DNA from: Chrysemys picta bellii
Taxonomy: Eukaryota
NCBI RefSeq assembly: GCF_011386835.1
Contig: NC_088807.1
Coordinates: forward strand, 26,350,001 to 26,414,000
Length of the DNA stretch: 64,000 nt
Direction: 5' to 3'
Position 1 is the stretch's first letter. Each line of letters begins with the position of its first letter. Under the pieces are notes generated by a model. That model made no database searches. It had not been told where the DNA came from and was given only the letters and a program-made list of their open reading frames with translations. Positions 10,300-27,600 of this stretch are shown piece by piece. The position numbers and the translations under genes were made by a program.

Positions 10300-12330
10300 G
10301 CCCGCGTGTTTCACTGCAGGGGTGTGTTGGGTTGCAGGATTGTGTTGGGTTGTTGGCTTGCAGGGGTGTGTCAGTTGCAGGGTTGTGTCGCGTTGTTGGT
10401 TTGCAGGGGTGTGTCACGTTGGTGGCTTGCAGGGGTGTGTTGGGTTGTTGGGTTGCATGGCTGTCGTGTTGTTGCCTTGCAGGGTTGTGACGCGTTGTTG
10501 GGTTGCATGGCTGTGTTGGGTTGCAGGGTTGTGTCGCATTGATGCCTTGCAGGGGTTCTGTCACGTTGTTGCCTTGTAGGGGTGTGTCAGTTGCAGGGTT
10601 GTGTCGCGTTGTTGGCTTGCAGAGGTGTGTCAGGTTGCAGGGTTGTGTCGCGTTGTTGGCCTGCAGGGTTGTGTCACGTTGTTGCCTTGCAGGCATGTGT
10701 CGGGTTGTTGCCTTGCAGGGTTGTGTCGCGTTGTTGCCTTGCAGGCATGTGTCGGGTTATTGCCTTGCAGGGGTGTGTCAGTTGCAGGGTTGTGTCGGGT
10801 TGTTGCCTTGCAGGCGTGTGTTGGGTTGTTGCCTTGCAGGGGTGTGTCAGTTGCAGGATTGTGTCGCGTTGTTGCCTTGCAGGCGTGTGTCGGATTGTTG
10901 CCTTGCAGGGGTGTGTCAGTTGCAGGGTTGTGTCGGGTTGTTGCCTTGCAGGCGTGTGTCGGGTTGTTGCCTTGCAGGGGTGTGTCAGTTGCAGGGTTGT
11001 GTCGGGTTGTTGCCTTGCAGGCGTGTGTCGGGTTGTTGCCTTGCAGGGGTGTGTCAGTTGCAGGATTGTGTCACGTTGTTGGCTTGCAGGGGTGTGTCAG
11101 TTGCAGGGTTGTGTCGGGTTGTTGCCTTGCAGGCGTGTGTCGGGTTGTTGCCTTGCAGGGGTGTGTCAGTTGCAGGATTGTGTCACGTTGTTGGCTTGCA
11201 GAGGTGTGTCAGGTTGCAGGGTTGTGTCGCGTTGTTGGCCTGCAGGGTTGTGTCGCGTTGTTGCCTTGCAGGCATGTGTCGGGTTGTTGCCTTGCAGGGT
11301 TGTGTCGCGTTGTTGCCTTGCAGGCATGTGTCGGGTTATTGCCTTGCAGGGGTGTGTCAGTTGCAGGGTTGTGTCGGGTTGTTGCCTTGCAGGCGTGTGT
11401 CGGGTTGTTGCCTTGCAGGGTTGTGTCGCATTGTTGGCTTGCAGGGGTGTGTCAGGTTGCAGGGTTGTGTCGCGTTGTTGGCCTGCAGGGTTGTCGCGTT
11501 GTTGCCTTGCAGGGGTGTGTCAGTTGCAGGGTTGTGTCGCGTTGTTGGCTTGCAGGGTTGTGTCGCGTTGTTGCCTTGCAGGGGTGTGTCAGTTGCAGGG
11601 TTGTGTCGTGTTGTTGGCTTGCAAAGGTGTGTCAGGTTGCAGGGTTGTGTTGCGTTGTTGCCTTGCAGAGGTGTGTTAGTTGCAGGGGTGTATCGTGTCG
11701 CGTTGTTGCCTTGCAGGGGTGTGTCAGTTGCAGAGTTGTGTCGTGTTGTTGCCTTGTAGGCGTGTGTTGGCCTGCAGGGTTGTGTCGCGTTGTTGCCTTG
11801 CAGGGGTGTGTCAGTTGCAGGGTTGTGTCGCGTTGTTGCCTTGCAGAGGTGTGTCAGATTGCAGGGTTGTGTCGCGTTGTTGCCTTGCAGGGGTGTGTCA
11901 GTTGCAGGGTTGTGTCGCGTTGTTGGCTTGCAGAGGTGTGTCAGGTTGCAGGGTTGCGTCGCGTTGTTGGCCTGCAGGGTTGTCGCGTTGTTGGCTTGCA
12001 GGGGTGTGTCAGTTGCAGGGTTGTCTCGCGTTGTTGGCTTGCAGAGGTGTGTCAGGTTGCAGGGTTGTGTCGTGTTGTTGCTTTGCAGGGGTGTGTCAGT
12101 TGCAGGGTTGTGTCACGTTGTTGGCTTGCAGAGGTGTGTCAGGTGCAGGGTTGTGTCGCGTTGTTGGCCTGCAGGCGTGCGTCGCGTTGTTGCCTTGCAG
12201 GGGTGTGTCAGTTGCAGGGTTGTGTCGCGTTGTTGGCCTGCAGGGTTGTCGCGTTGTTGCCTTGCAGGGGTGTGTCAGTTGCAGGGTTGTGTCGCGTTGT
12301 TGGCTTGCAGGCGTGCGTCGCGTGGCGTTG
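10300..12330 (+). repeat. TG-rich, A-poor satellite upstream of the AVPR2 main exon
   Basis: Interleaved units TTGCAGGGTTGTGTCGCGTTGTTG(GC/CC) and TTGCAGGGGTGTGTCAG; near absence of stop codons gives Cys/Val-rich ORFs in all three + frames. Confidence 0.92.
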
Positions 12331-12478
12331 GCTGGTGCGGCGGCTGCCTGGAATGACGCTGTTCCGCTGCGTTGTTGTGCGGCTCTGCACTGCTCCGTGA
12401 CACTTCGTGGCTGCATCGTGTGTCGCGTTGTCACCGCACGCTGCCCCCCTCACCCCCTCCCTCTCCCTGCAGCCCGCC

Positions 12479-15462
12479 ATGGCCAACGCCTCCCTGGCTC
12501 CCAACGCCTCCCTCCCGGACGACCGCGACCCCGCCCTGGCCGTCGCCGAGGTCACCGTCTTGACCGTGGTTTTCCTGCTGGCCACGCTGAGCAACGGGCT
12601 GGTTCTGGGGGCGCTGGGCCGGCGCCGCGCTCGCTCCGCCCCCATGCACCGCTTCATGTGCCACCTGTGCCTGGCCGACCTGGCCGTGGCCCTCTTCCAG
12701 GTGCTGCCCCAGCTGCTGTGGGACGTCACCGACCGCTTCCTGGGCCCCGACCCCCTGTGCCGGGCCGTCAAGTACCTGCAGGTGGTGGCCATGTTCGCCT
12801 CGTCCTACGTCATCCTGGCCATGACCTACGACAGGCACCGGGCCATCTGCCGGCCGGCGGTGGCCTTCCGGCGGGGCCGCGTCAGCTGGAAGGCCCCGCT
12901 GGTGGCAGCATGGGGATCCGCGCTGCTCCTCAGCCTGCCCCAGCTCTTCATCTTCTCCAAGGTGCGGCTGCCCGAGGGAGCCAGCGACTGCTGGGCCACC
13001 TTCGCCGAGCCCTGGGGGGCCCGGGCCTACGTCACCTGGGTCACCCTGATGGTCTTCGCCTTGCCCAGCCTCTTCATCGCCGCCTGCCAGGCCCTGATCT
13101 TCCGCGAGGTGGCCAGGAGCCTGGGGCGGGGCCCCCGGGGGGCCCAGGGCAGGGGGGTCTCGGCCGCCGTGGCCAAGACGCTGCGCATGACGCTGGTCAT
13201 TGTGCTCGTCTACGTGTTCTGCTGGGCCCCCTACTTCTGCGTCCAGCTCTGGGCCGTGTGGGACCCCCGGGCGCCTGTAGAAGGTGAGACCCCCGCGGGC
13301 TGGAGACCTCCCCCCCCCCCGCCTCCCCCCGGAGACCTCACTCCCTGCACCCCCCACCTCGCCCCGGCCCGGAGACCTCACCCCCCCCGTACCCCTCCCA
13401 CCTCCCCCCTGGACCTCCCGTGCACCCCCCCAGCCTGGAGACCTCACCCCCCCCTGCCACCTCCCCCCTGCACGCCCCCCACCTCACCCCCTGCACCCCC
13501 CACCTCGCCCCGGCCCGGAGACCTCACCCCCCTGCCACCTCCCCCCTGCACCCCCCCACCTCACCCCCTGCACCCCCCACCTCGCCCCGGCCCAGAGACC
13601 TCACTCCCCCTGCACCTCTCCCACCTCCCCCCTGCCTGGAGACCTCACCCCCCCACCTCGCCCCGGCCCAGAGACCTCACCCTCCCCTGCACCCCTCCCA
13701 CCTCATCCCTGGATCCCCCCAGCACCCCTACCAGCCCAGAGACCTCACCCCCCCACCTCGCCCCGGCCCAGAGACCTCACTCCCCCTGCACCTCTCCCAC
13801 CTCCCCCCTGCCCGGAGACTTCACCCCCTGCACCCCCCCACCTCACCCCTGGATCCCCCCAGCACCCCTACCAGCCCAGAGACCTCACCCCCCCACCTCG
13901 CCCCGGCCCGGAGACCTCACCCCCCCTGCCACCTCCCCCCTGCACCCCCCCACCTCACCCCCTGCACCCCCCACCTCGCCCCGGCCCAGAGACCTCACCC
14001 CTTGCACCCCCTCTGTACCCCCCCGGCCCAGAGACCTCACCCCCCCTGCACTCCCCCCACCTCCCCCCTGCTCGGAGACCTCACCCCCTGCACACACACC
14101 CCAAGACCGGAGACTTTACCCCCGCTGGCCCCATCTCCACCCCCCCAAACCGACCCAGTTCCGAGCCCAGAGACCTCACTAGGAGACTGCAGGCAGGGAA
14201 TGAGGGCATCAGCAGGGCCGGGGGGGGGGGCAGGGGGCTGCGGATCGGGAGTGAGGGGCACCGGCAGAGCAGGGGAGGGCAGGGTCCGGCTAACAGGGGG
14301 CTGTGGCCAGGCGTGAGGGGCACCGGCAGGGCAGGGGTGTGGGGGGGGTGCAGGTCGGGAGTGAGGGGCACCGGCAGGCCTGGGGAGGGTGGGGGGCTGC
14401 GGGGTCAGGAGTGAGGGGCACCGGCAGGCCTGGTCTGGCAGGGGGCTGCGGGTCGGGAGTGAGGGGCACCGGCGGAGCTGTGGGGGGGCAGGGGCTGTGG
14501 GTCGGGAGTGAGGGGCGCCGGCGGAGCTGTGGGGGGGCAGGGGCTGCGGGTCGGGAGTGAGGGGCGCCGGCAGAGCTGTGGGATGGCAGGGGCTGCGGGT
14601 CGGGAGTGAGGGGCACCGGCAGGGCTGGGGGGCAGGGCTGGGCTAGCAGGGGCTGCGGGTCGGGAGTGAGGGGTGCCGGCGGGGCTGGGGGGCGGGGCTG
14701 GGCTAGCAGGGGCTGTGGGTCGGGAGTGAGGGGCGCCGGCGGAGCTGTGGGGGGGCAGGGGCTGCGGGTCGGGAGTGAGGGGCGCCGGCAGAGCTGTGGG
14801 GGGGCAGGGGCTGCGGGTCGGGAGTGAGGGGCGCCGGCAGAGCTGTGGGGGGGCAGGGGCTGCGGGTCGGGAGTGAGGGGCGCCGGCGGAGCTGTGGGGG
14901 GGCAGGGGCTGCGGGTCGGGAGTGAGGGGCGCCGGCAGAGCTGTGGGGGGGCAGGGGCTGCGGGTCGGGAGTGAGGGGCGCCGGCGGAGCTGTGGGAGGG
15001 CAGGGGCTGCGGGTCGGGAGTGAGGGGCGCCGGCGGAGCTGTGGGGGGGCAGGGGCTGCGGGTCGGGAGGGAGGGGCGCCGGCGGAGCTGTGGGGGGGCA
15101 GGGGCTGCGGGTCGGGAGGGAGGGGCGCCGGCGGAGCTGTGGGAGGGCAGGGGCTGTGGGTCGGGAGGGAGGGGCGCCGGCGGAGCTGTGGGGGGGCAGG
15201 GGCTGCGGGTCGGGAGGGAGGGGCGCCGGCGGAGCTGACCTCCCCCTCTTCCCCCCCAGGACCAGCCTTCACCCTGCTGATGTTACTGGCCAGCCTGAAC
15301 AGCTGCACGAACCCCTGGATTTACGGGGCTTTCAGCAGCAGCGTCTCGGGGGAGCTGAGTCGCCTCGTGTGCCCCCGGCTGCCCCGGCCCCGCGCCGGGT
15401 CCCTGCCCAGCGACTCCCCCCTCACGGGCACCTCGGTGCTGAGCCGGGACCCCGCGGCCTGA
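12479..15462 (+). CDS. AVPR2: Vasopressin/vasotocin V2 receptor, copy 1; exons 12479-13283 and 15260-15462; frame intact
   Basis: 7TM: [34 protein letters not shown] (DRH as in V2R), [28 protein letters not shown]; phase-1 intron at PVE/G; [14 protein letters not shown]; acceptor at 12471-12472, Kozak GCCATGG. Confidence 0.95.
13290..14090 (+). repeat. C-rich minisatellite, first half of the AVPR2 TM6-TM7 intron
   Basis: Tandem CCCAGAGACCTCACCCCCCCACCTCGCCCCGG / CCCCTGCACCCCCC variants. Confidence 0.88.
14240..15240 (+). repeat. G-rich minisatellite, second half of the same AVPR2 intron
   Basis: Tandem GGGGCTGCGGGTCGGGAGTGAGGGGC(A/G)CCGGCGGAGCTGTGGGGGGGCA. Confidence 0.9.
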
Positions 15463-15664
15463 GGATCCCAGCGACAGACACGGGGGGGGGGGGGGCTGCA
15501 AACCTGGGTGCTCTGGCTTTGGGGGGCTTCCTGGGGGGCTAGCGGGGAATCTGGCTGGGGGGGTCACTCTAGGGTGAGGCCTGGATCCATTTGGGGGAGC
15601 AAAGGGACCCCCGTTTACACCCCACTCCCTGAGGGGCCAAATCTGCACCTGTGAAAGTCAACCC

Positions 15665-15670
15665 AATAAA
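15665..15670 (+). terminator. AVPR2 poly(A) signal (copy 2 at about 48313-48318)
   Basis: AATAAA 200 nt after the stop, followed by GT-rich sequence. Confidence 0.7.
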
Positions 15671-15790
15671 AAGCGGGGACGGAGAGAGAGGCTGTGTGAT
15701 CACTGGGGGTGGGGGGCCGGGGGTGGGGGGCACCAGCGGAGTGCGGGCGGGGGGGGGGATAGACGGACGCGGTGTAGTTTGCGCTGATCA

Positions 15791-15804
15791 CCAGTAGATG
15801 GCGT
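15791..15804 (+). promoter_or_regulatory. Predicted CTCF site between AVPR2 and NAA10 (copy 2 at 48418-48431)
   Basis: CCAGTAGATGGCGT fits CCASYAGRKGGCR; lies in a unique island identical in both copies. Confidence 0.55.
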
Positions 15805-15869
15805 CACGAACAAATCTACTTCCACCCGCTTTTGGCTAAACCCATCAGCCCCCCGCCCCTTCCCGGAAC

Positions 15870-16203
15870 CGGGGAGAACCCAGGAGTCCGGGCTCCCAGC
15901 CCCCCCCTGCTCTAACCACCAGCCCCCACTCCCCTCCCAGAGCCGGGGAGAGAACCCAGGAGTCCGGGCTCCCAGCCCCCCCTGCTCTATCCACTAGCCC
16001 CCACTCCCCTCCCAGAGCCGGGGAGAGAACCCAGGAGTCCTGGCTCCCAGCCCCCCCTGCTCTAACCACCAGCCCCCACTCCCCTCCCAGAGCCGGGGAG
16101 AGAACCCAGGAGTCCGGGCTCCCAGCCCCCCCTGCTCTAACCACCAGCCCCCACTCCCCTCCCAGAGCCGGGGAGAGAACCCAGGAGTCCGGGCTCCCAG
16201 CCC
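15870..16203 (-). repeat. MIR-head tandem array (copy 2 at about 48495-49131, longer)
   Basis: Reverse-complement ~75-bp units; one carries CTAGTGGATAGAGCA. Confidence 0.85.
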
Positions 16204-16499
16204 CCGCAGTTGGGTTTCGCCCACGTGCGGACGGTCCCTGTCCCCGCCGGCTGCACATCTGGGCAGGTGTGGGGGGGGGGACCCAGCCCCCCCCGAACCT
16301 CTGCGCCCCTCCCGAGAGCCCCCCCCGGATGTGCTGGTACCCCCCTTTGTGCGGGGGGGGTTAGGGACCCACCAGCTGTGCCCCCCCCTCTAAGGACTCA
16401 CGGGGGGGTCTGGACCCAGCGCCAGATCTGACCCCGCCCCCCGGCCGTGGTTCCTGGGGGGGTCACTGCTATAGGGAAGCTCACAGCCTTAGCACATGT

Positions 16500-17174
16500 C
16501 CGTAGCTGCACCCTCATTGGACCATGCCGCTGTCACCGTAGGCCACGCCAGCTTCTGATTGGCTGTTGGCAGGACTAGGCCGGAATCTAAAGGGCAGGCG
16601 CTGGCCGGCCTGTGAGTGGCTGGTGAAAGCGTCAATCGCTCCCCTCGTGGCCTGTTATTGGTTGTTTCGGTCCTGTCCTCGCGTCACTCAACTCTCCCTA
16701 GAAGGTGAATGGACAGCTCGAGGCGTTGTGCTCTATGATTGGTTAAAAGGGGAGGGGAGGTGAATCATAACCAACCTCCGGGATTGGGATTGGTGCGTTC
16801 TTTGGGGAGGCGGGACTTGTGCCCCATCGGACTGTCCGATTGGCCGGCAGCGCGGTCCGGGGAACAGCAACATCGACTCCGCCTACTTACATCAGCCCGC
16901 CTCCTTCCGGCCAATTGGCCGGGGCTGCACCCAATGAGCGGGGCGCGTCCTGCGGTCTGGCCATGCGATTGGCTGACTCCGGAGACGCGTGGGCGGGGCG
17001 TGACCCCGGCTTCGCCCCGCGATTGGCTGCACGCGGCCACCTATCTCCCCGCCCGGGCAGGGTATTGGCCGGAGCCGGTCGGGGAGGCGGGGCCGGGACG
17101 GGACCCGCCCCCTGGGTCTCGGCCGCCGCGCGGAGCCGCCGCCGGGAGAGAGACGCGGAGCCGGAGCCGGAGCC
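16500..17174 (+). promoter_or_regulatory. NAA10 CpG-island promoter and 5' UTR with many CCAAT and GC boxes
   Basis: At least 12 ATTGG/CCAAT, several GGGCGG, high CpG, directly upstream of the ATG. Confidence 0.75.
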
Positions 17175-21032
<3,858 letters not shown>

Positions 21033-21769
21033 GGCCCCGCCGTGGGGCACTGGGGTAGCCAGCCCAATAAAGGTCACCGCTGAGCCGTGGGGTGTGTGTG
21101 GTCTCTGCCCTCCCACCGGGGGGCGGCGCCTGGCATGGAACCGCCCCGGGGGCCCGGACAATGGGGCAGCCCCCTGGGTGTCATGTGCCCCCTGGGACCT
21201 GCCCTTGCACCCTGCACTGGACCCAAGGGAGCCCCGGCCCCCCCCCTTCCTCGCTCCAGAGGGTCTCTGCTGGTGGGGTGAAGACGGGGTGTGGGGGGGG
21301 TCTGGACGCAGCCTGGCCCCTTCTAAGGCCCCCGGCCCCCCACGGGCTGACGGGCTGCCCCCACCCGGCTTCCTGAGGAGGGTTTGTTAGTCACTTGCTG
21401 CTGTTGCGCCCCCCCCCCCCCCCCCCGCCAAGGGTGGGATGGGGGGTGTCATAGTGTGAAAAGAATGACCAGCCCCCCCCCCCCCCCGTTAACCATGTTC
21501 CACATGTGGGAAACTGAGGCATGCGGTGTATTCATACCTATTACACGAGCTTCCCCTTCCATCGTGGGGGGCACCCCGAGCCCCTCCTCCAGTCTCCCTG
21601 CTGTCCCCCAATCCCAGGGCCCCCTGGAGATCCCTCTGCTGCCCCCCCTGCTCCAGCGGGGTGAGCCCTGCTCTCCACTGGGGGGCAGCCTTCTCGCCAT
21701 CATCCTTCCCCCCCCTCCCCCCCCATGGGGCTCTGCTGTACTCTAGGGGGCCCCATGGGCTGGGGGGGC

Positions 21770-23863
<2,094 letters not shown>

Positions 23864-24634
23864 CCCCCCCCCCGAAAAATGATGGGAGGGGCCTGGACCC
23901 TGCACCCCCCCGCCCCACACGCAGCCTGTCTTGTGCTGGGGGATGGGTGCAGTGCCCGGGAGAGGGACCCAGGGGTCCGGGGGGATGGAATGACAAGAGG
24001 CCCCCCCTTAGTTACTGTGCCTGGGGCAGGGGAGGGGTTCAGGGATGGCAGGTTCAGCCCCCAAAAAATCCAGGGGGGGGTGGCTGTGAAACTTCCCTTC
24101 CACGCAGGAAGGGGTTCAAGCAAGAAAGTTACCTCTGACCCCCGCCCCCGCCCGGGTCTCTGCGTGACCCCCCCCCCGCGGCTACCCCCCCCCCCGCGAC
24201 GCGGCTGCCCCCGGGTGTTTCTGGGCCCGACACTAATCAACCAGCAGGGAAGTGGAACAGGGGGTGTCGGGGTGTGGGGCAGGGGCAGGGACCCACAGCA
24301 AACCCCCCTCACTCCCGACCCGCTCCTCTGGGGGCAGGTGATGTCTGTAGAGGGGGGGTCCGTGGGGGGGTGCGTCTGTCTATGGCGTCCAGCCCCCCCG
24401 GTCGCTGGCAGCGTGGGGGGGGCACTGACTGGGGGGGCTGCAGCGCACAAGGGGTTAAGGATGCTCCTTCACTTCCTCTTCCCCCCCCCCCCCCAGGCTT
24501 GGGCCGGACGCGGGGGGCGGGGCGGACCGGACGCGGGGGGCGGGGCCAGGCGCAGCCGCGGCGTGGGGCGCTGGGACTCGGCGCCGGGTCCTGCCCAGCT
24601 CGGATCGGGGCCCCCCGCGCAGCCCCCGCCCGGC

Positions 24635-27600
24635 ATGAGCGCGCTGGCCAAGGCGCGCAAGGAGCGCTGGCCGCAGGCTGAATATGAGGCGCAGGCGAAA
24701 GGTGAGGGGGGCCCGAGGCTGCGCCCCCCCCCCCGGCTATGGGCTGCGGGGGGAGAGGGCTGAGCAAGTGGGGGCCGCGGTGGGGCGGGGGCAGCGAGCC
24801 GGGGGGCGCAGGGGGGCGGGGACCAGAGGGGGGCTGGCCGAAGGAGTCTGCGTGTTGGGGGGGCTCCAGTGGGGCTGAGGCGTTGCATTGGGAGGGGGCT
24901 GAATGGGCTGCCCCGACCCCCCCCCCAACCTGAGCCCACCCCACTGCCCCCCGCCCTATGGCTTGGGGGGTCGCCTGAGGGCTCGGGCCCCTCCCCCTGC
25001 TGGGGGCTGGGGGCCCGGACCCCTGGATTCTCTCCCGGCTCCTGGGGTCAGTGGGGCTAATGGGGGGAGCCCACACCCCAGCCTCTCCCCGCAGCCCGGC
25101 CGAGCCCAGGAGCGGGTTTTAATGCAACTTCCCCCGCAGGTTCCGGCCTCTCAGCTCCGTTCAACTTCCTCACCCCCCCGGCTCCCCCTCCCCCGCCACA
25201 GAGACCTGGGGAATCCCAGCAGAGTTCAGGGCCAGGGGAGAACCCAGGCGTCCGGGCTCCCAGCCCCCACTCTGCTCTAACCCACCAGCCCCCCTCCCCT
25301 CCCAGAGCCAGGGAGAGAACCCAGGAGTCCTGGCTCCCAGCCCCCCTGCTCTAACCACCAGCCCCCCTCCCCTCCCAGAGCCGGGGAGAGAACCCCGGAG
25401 TCCTGGCTCCCAGACCCCCCTGCTCTAACCACCAGCCCCCCTCCCCTCCCAGAGCCGGGAGAGAACCCAGGAGTCCTGGCTCCTAGACCCCCCTGCTCTA
25501 ACCACCAGCCCCCACTCCCCTCCCAGAGCCGGGGAGAGAACCCCGGAGTCCTGGCTCCCAGCCCCCACTGCTCTAACCACCAGCCCCCACTCCCCTCCCA
25601 GAGCCAGGGAGAGAACCCAGGAGTCCTGGCTCCCAGCCCCCACTCCCCTCCCAGAGCCGGGGAGAGAACCTAGGAGTTGGTTAGTTCTTCACTGTGGGGT
25701 GTGTCCTGGTGCATGTGGCTGGGTGGGGGTTGGGGGGAGCTCGGACTCCTGGGTTCACTCCTGGGCTCTGGGTAGGGGTGGGTGAGGGCCGGGGGGTAGC
25801 CCTGTGGGGGTTGCTGGCACCGCCCCCTCCTGCCGGATATGTGGGTTTGAGGCTCTGGGGCAGGATGTGGGGGAAGGGGGAGTTCTCCGAATGTGGCCAC
25901 AAGCAGGGCCACTAGTGCCCACTCTCGGCTCTCTCCCCCCCCATCAGTGGGTCAGCTGCCGCCCGCGGGGAAAGAGGAACGTGGGGGGGCAGGCAAAGGG
26001 GGCCGTTCCAGCCCCTGCCCCAGGGCGGGATCCCGGCGGGTGTCCCCCCAGAGGGGACAGGTCACTGAACCCCATTCCCTGCCCTCAGAGCCAGCCATGG
26101 GGGGCAGGTGCCCACGGGGCTCGCAGACTTCCCCATTTCCCCCCCACACCCCCAACTCTGCAGCTGCCCAGGAAATGAAAGTGCCCAGCAAACAAATTGA
26201 TGCTCCCGGACTCCTGGGTCCCTTCCCCTTCCCTGCTCCGCCAGCCCCGAACTCCTGGGTCCCTTCCCTGCTCCTCTCTGCCCCACCCCCACCAGCCCCA
26301 AACTCCTGGGTCCCTTCCCTGCTCCTCTCTGCCCCACCCCCGCCAGCCCGGATTCCTGGGTCCCTTCCCTGCTCCTCTCTGCCCCACCCCCGGACTCCTG
26401 GGTCCCTTCCCTGCTCCTCTCTGCACCACCCCCGCCAGCCCCAAACTCCTGGGTCCCTTCCCTGCTCCTCTCTGCCCCACCCCCGCTAGCCCCGGACTCC
26501 TGGGTCCCTTCCCTGCTCATTGGGGCTCCTGGGCGCCCCCTGCTGACGCTGCCCCCCCTGCAGAGCTGCGTGGCCAGCTGGGCGAGCAGCAGCGGGGGCG
26601 AGAGGCCCAGGCCGAGCTCCGGCTGCAGCTGCTCCAGGACATGGGCGACTTCCTGCGGCGAAAGGCCGAGCTGGAGCAGGAATATTCCCGCGGGCTGGAG
26701 AAGCTGTCGGAGAGATTCACCGCCCGGCTGCGCGGGGGCCAAGGAGCACTCCAGGTGGGCTGGGGGTCGGGAGTGAGGGGCACGGGGGGGCTGGGGGTCG
26801 GGAGTGGGGGCACAGGGGGCTGCGGGTCGGGAGTGAGGGGCGCCGGCAGGGCTGGGGGCTGCGGGTCGGGAGTGAGGGGCACCGGGAGGGCTGGGGGTCG
26901 GGAGTGAGGGGCACGGGGGGCTGCGGGTCGGGAGTGAGGGGCACTGGGAGGGCTGGGGGTCGGGAGTGAGGGGCACGGGGGGCTGCGGGTCGGGAGTGAG
27001 GGGCACCGCTCTCCATCTCTCCCCAGGAGGGAGCAGGACCCGCCGTCCCCCCTGCAGTGCTGGCAGCTGGTGTTGAATCAGACCCGCCAGGCCGGCCGGG
27101 ACCACGGGGCCCTGAGTGATATTTACGCAGGGCCCCTGACGCTGCACCTGACCCAGCTCAGCGACGATCTGGGGCGCCTGGTCAAGAAGGTGGGGCTGGT
27201 CCCCCTGCCCTGGTCTCCTGGGTCCCTTCTCCCCTCCCCCCAGGCCCTGCTCTCCCTGCCCTGGTCTCCTGGGTCCCTTCCCCCCAGCACTGCTCCCCGG
27301 ACTCCTGGGTCCCGTCCCTCCAGCGCGACGTGGTGCCCTCCCCCCGCGGGTTCCTGGGGATCCGTCCCATGCCCTGGGCTGGAGGGTTGGTGCGGGAAGG
27401 GAGGGGTTGATAGGGCCCCCCCATCTCTAATGCTGCCCCCCCGTGCCCCCCCAGAGCCGAGACCTGGAGCAGCAGATGCAGGACGAGCTGCTGACGATGA
27501 TTTCTGAGCTGCAGATGGTGAGTGCGGGACCCGGCGGGCGGGGGGGTCGGGGGGGGCTCCGGGCTCCCCACTGACCCCCCCCGCCCCCCCAGGCTATGAA

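Noticed and set aside
10503-12400. Cys-rich 365-599 aa ORFs resembling metallothionein or keratin-associated proteins (also 41620-43268)
   Set aside because: Open in all three frames because the satellite has almost no stop codons; alternative starts, no splice support, lengths differ between copies.
13284-14182. Pro-rich C-terminal extension of the 591-aa AVPR2 ORF
   Set aside because: Read-through past the G/GTGAGA donor at 13283; TM7 is in the exon at 15260.
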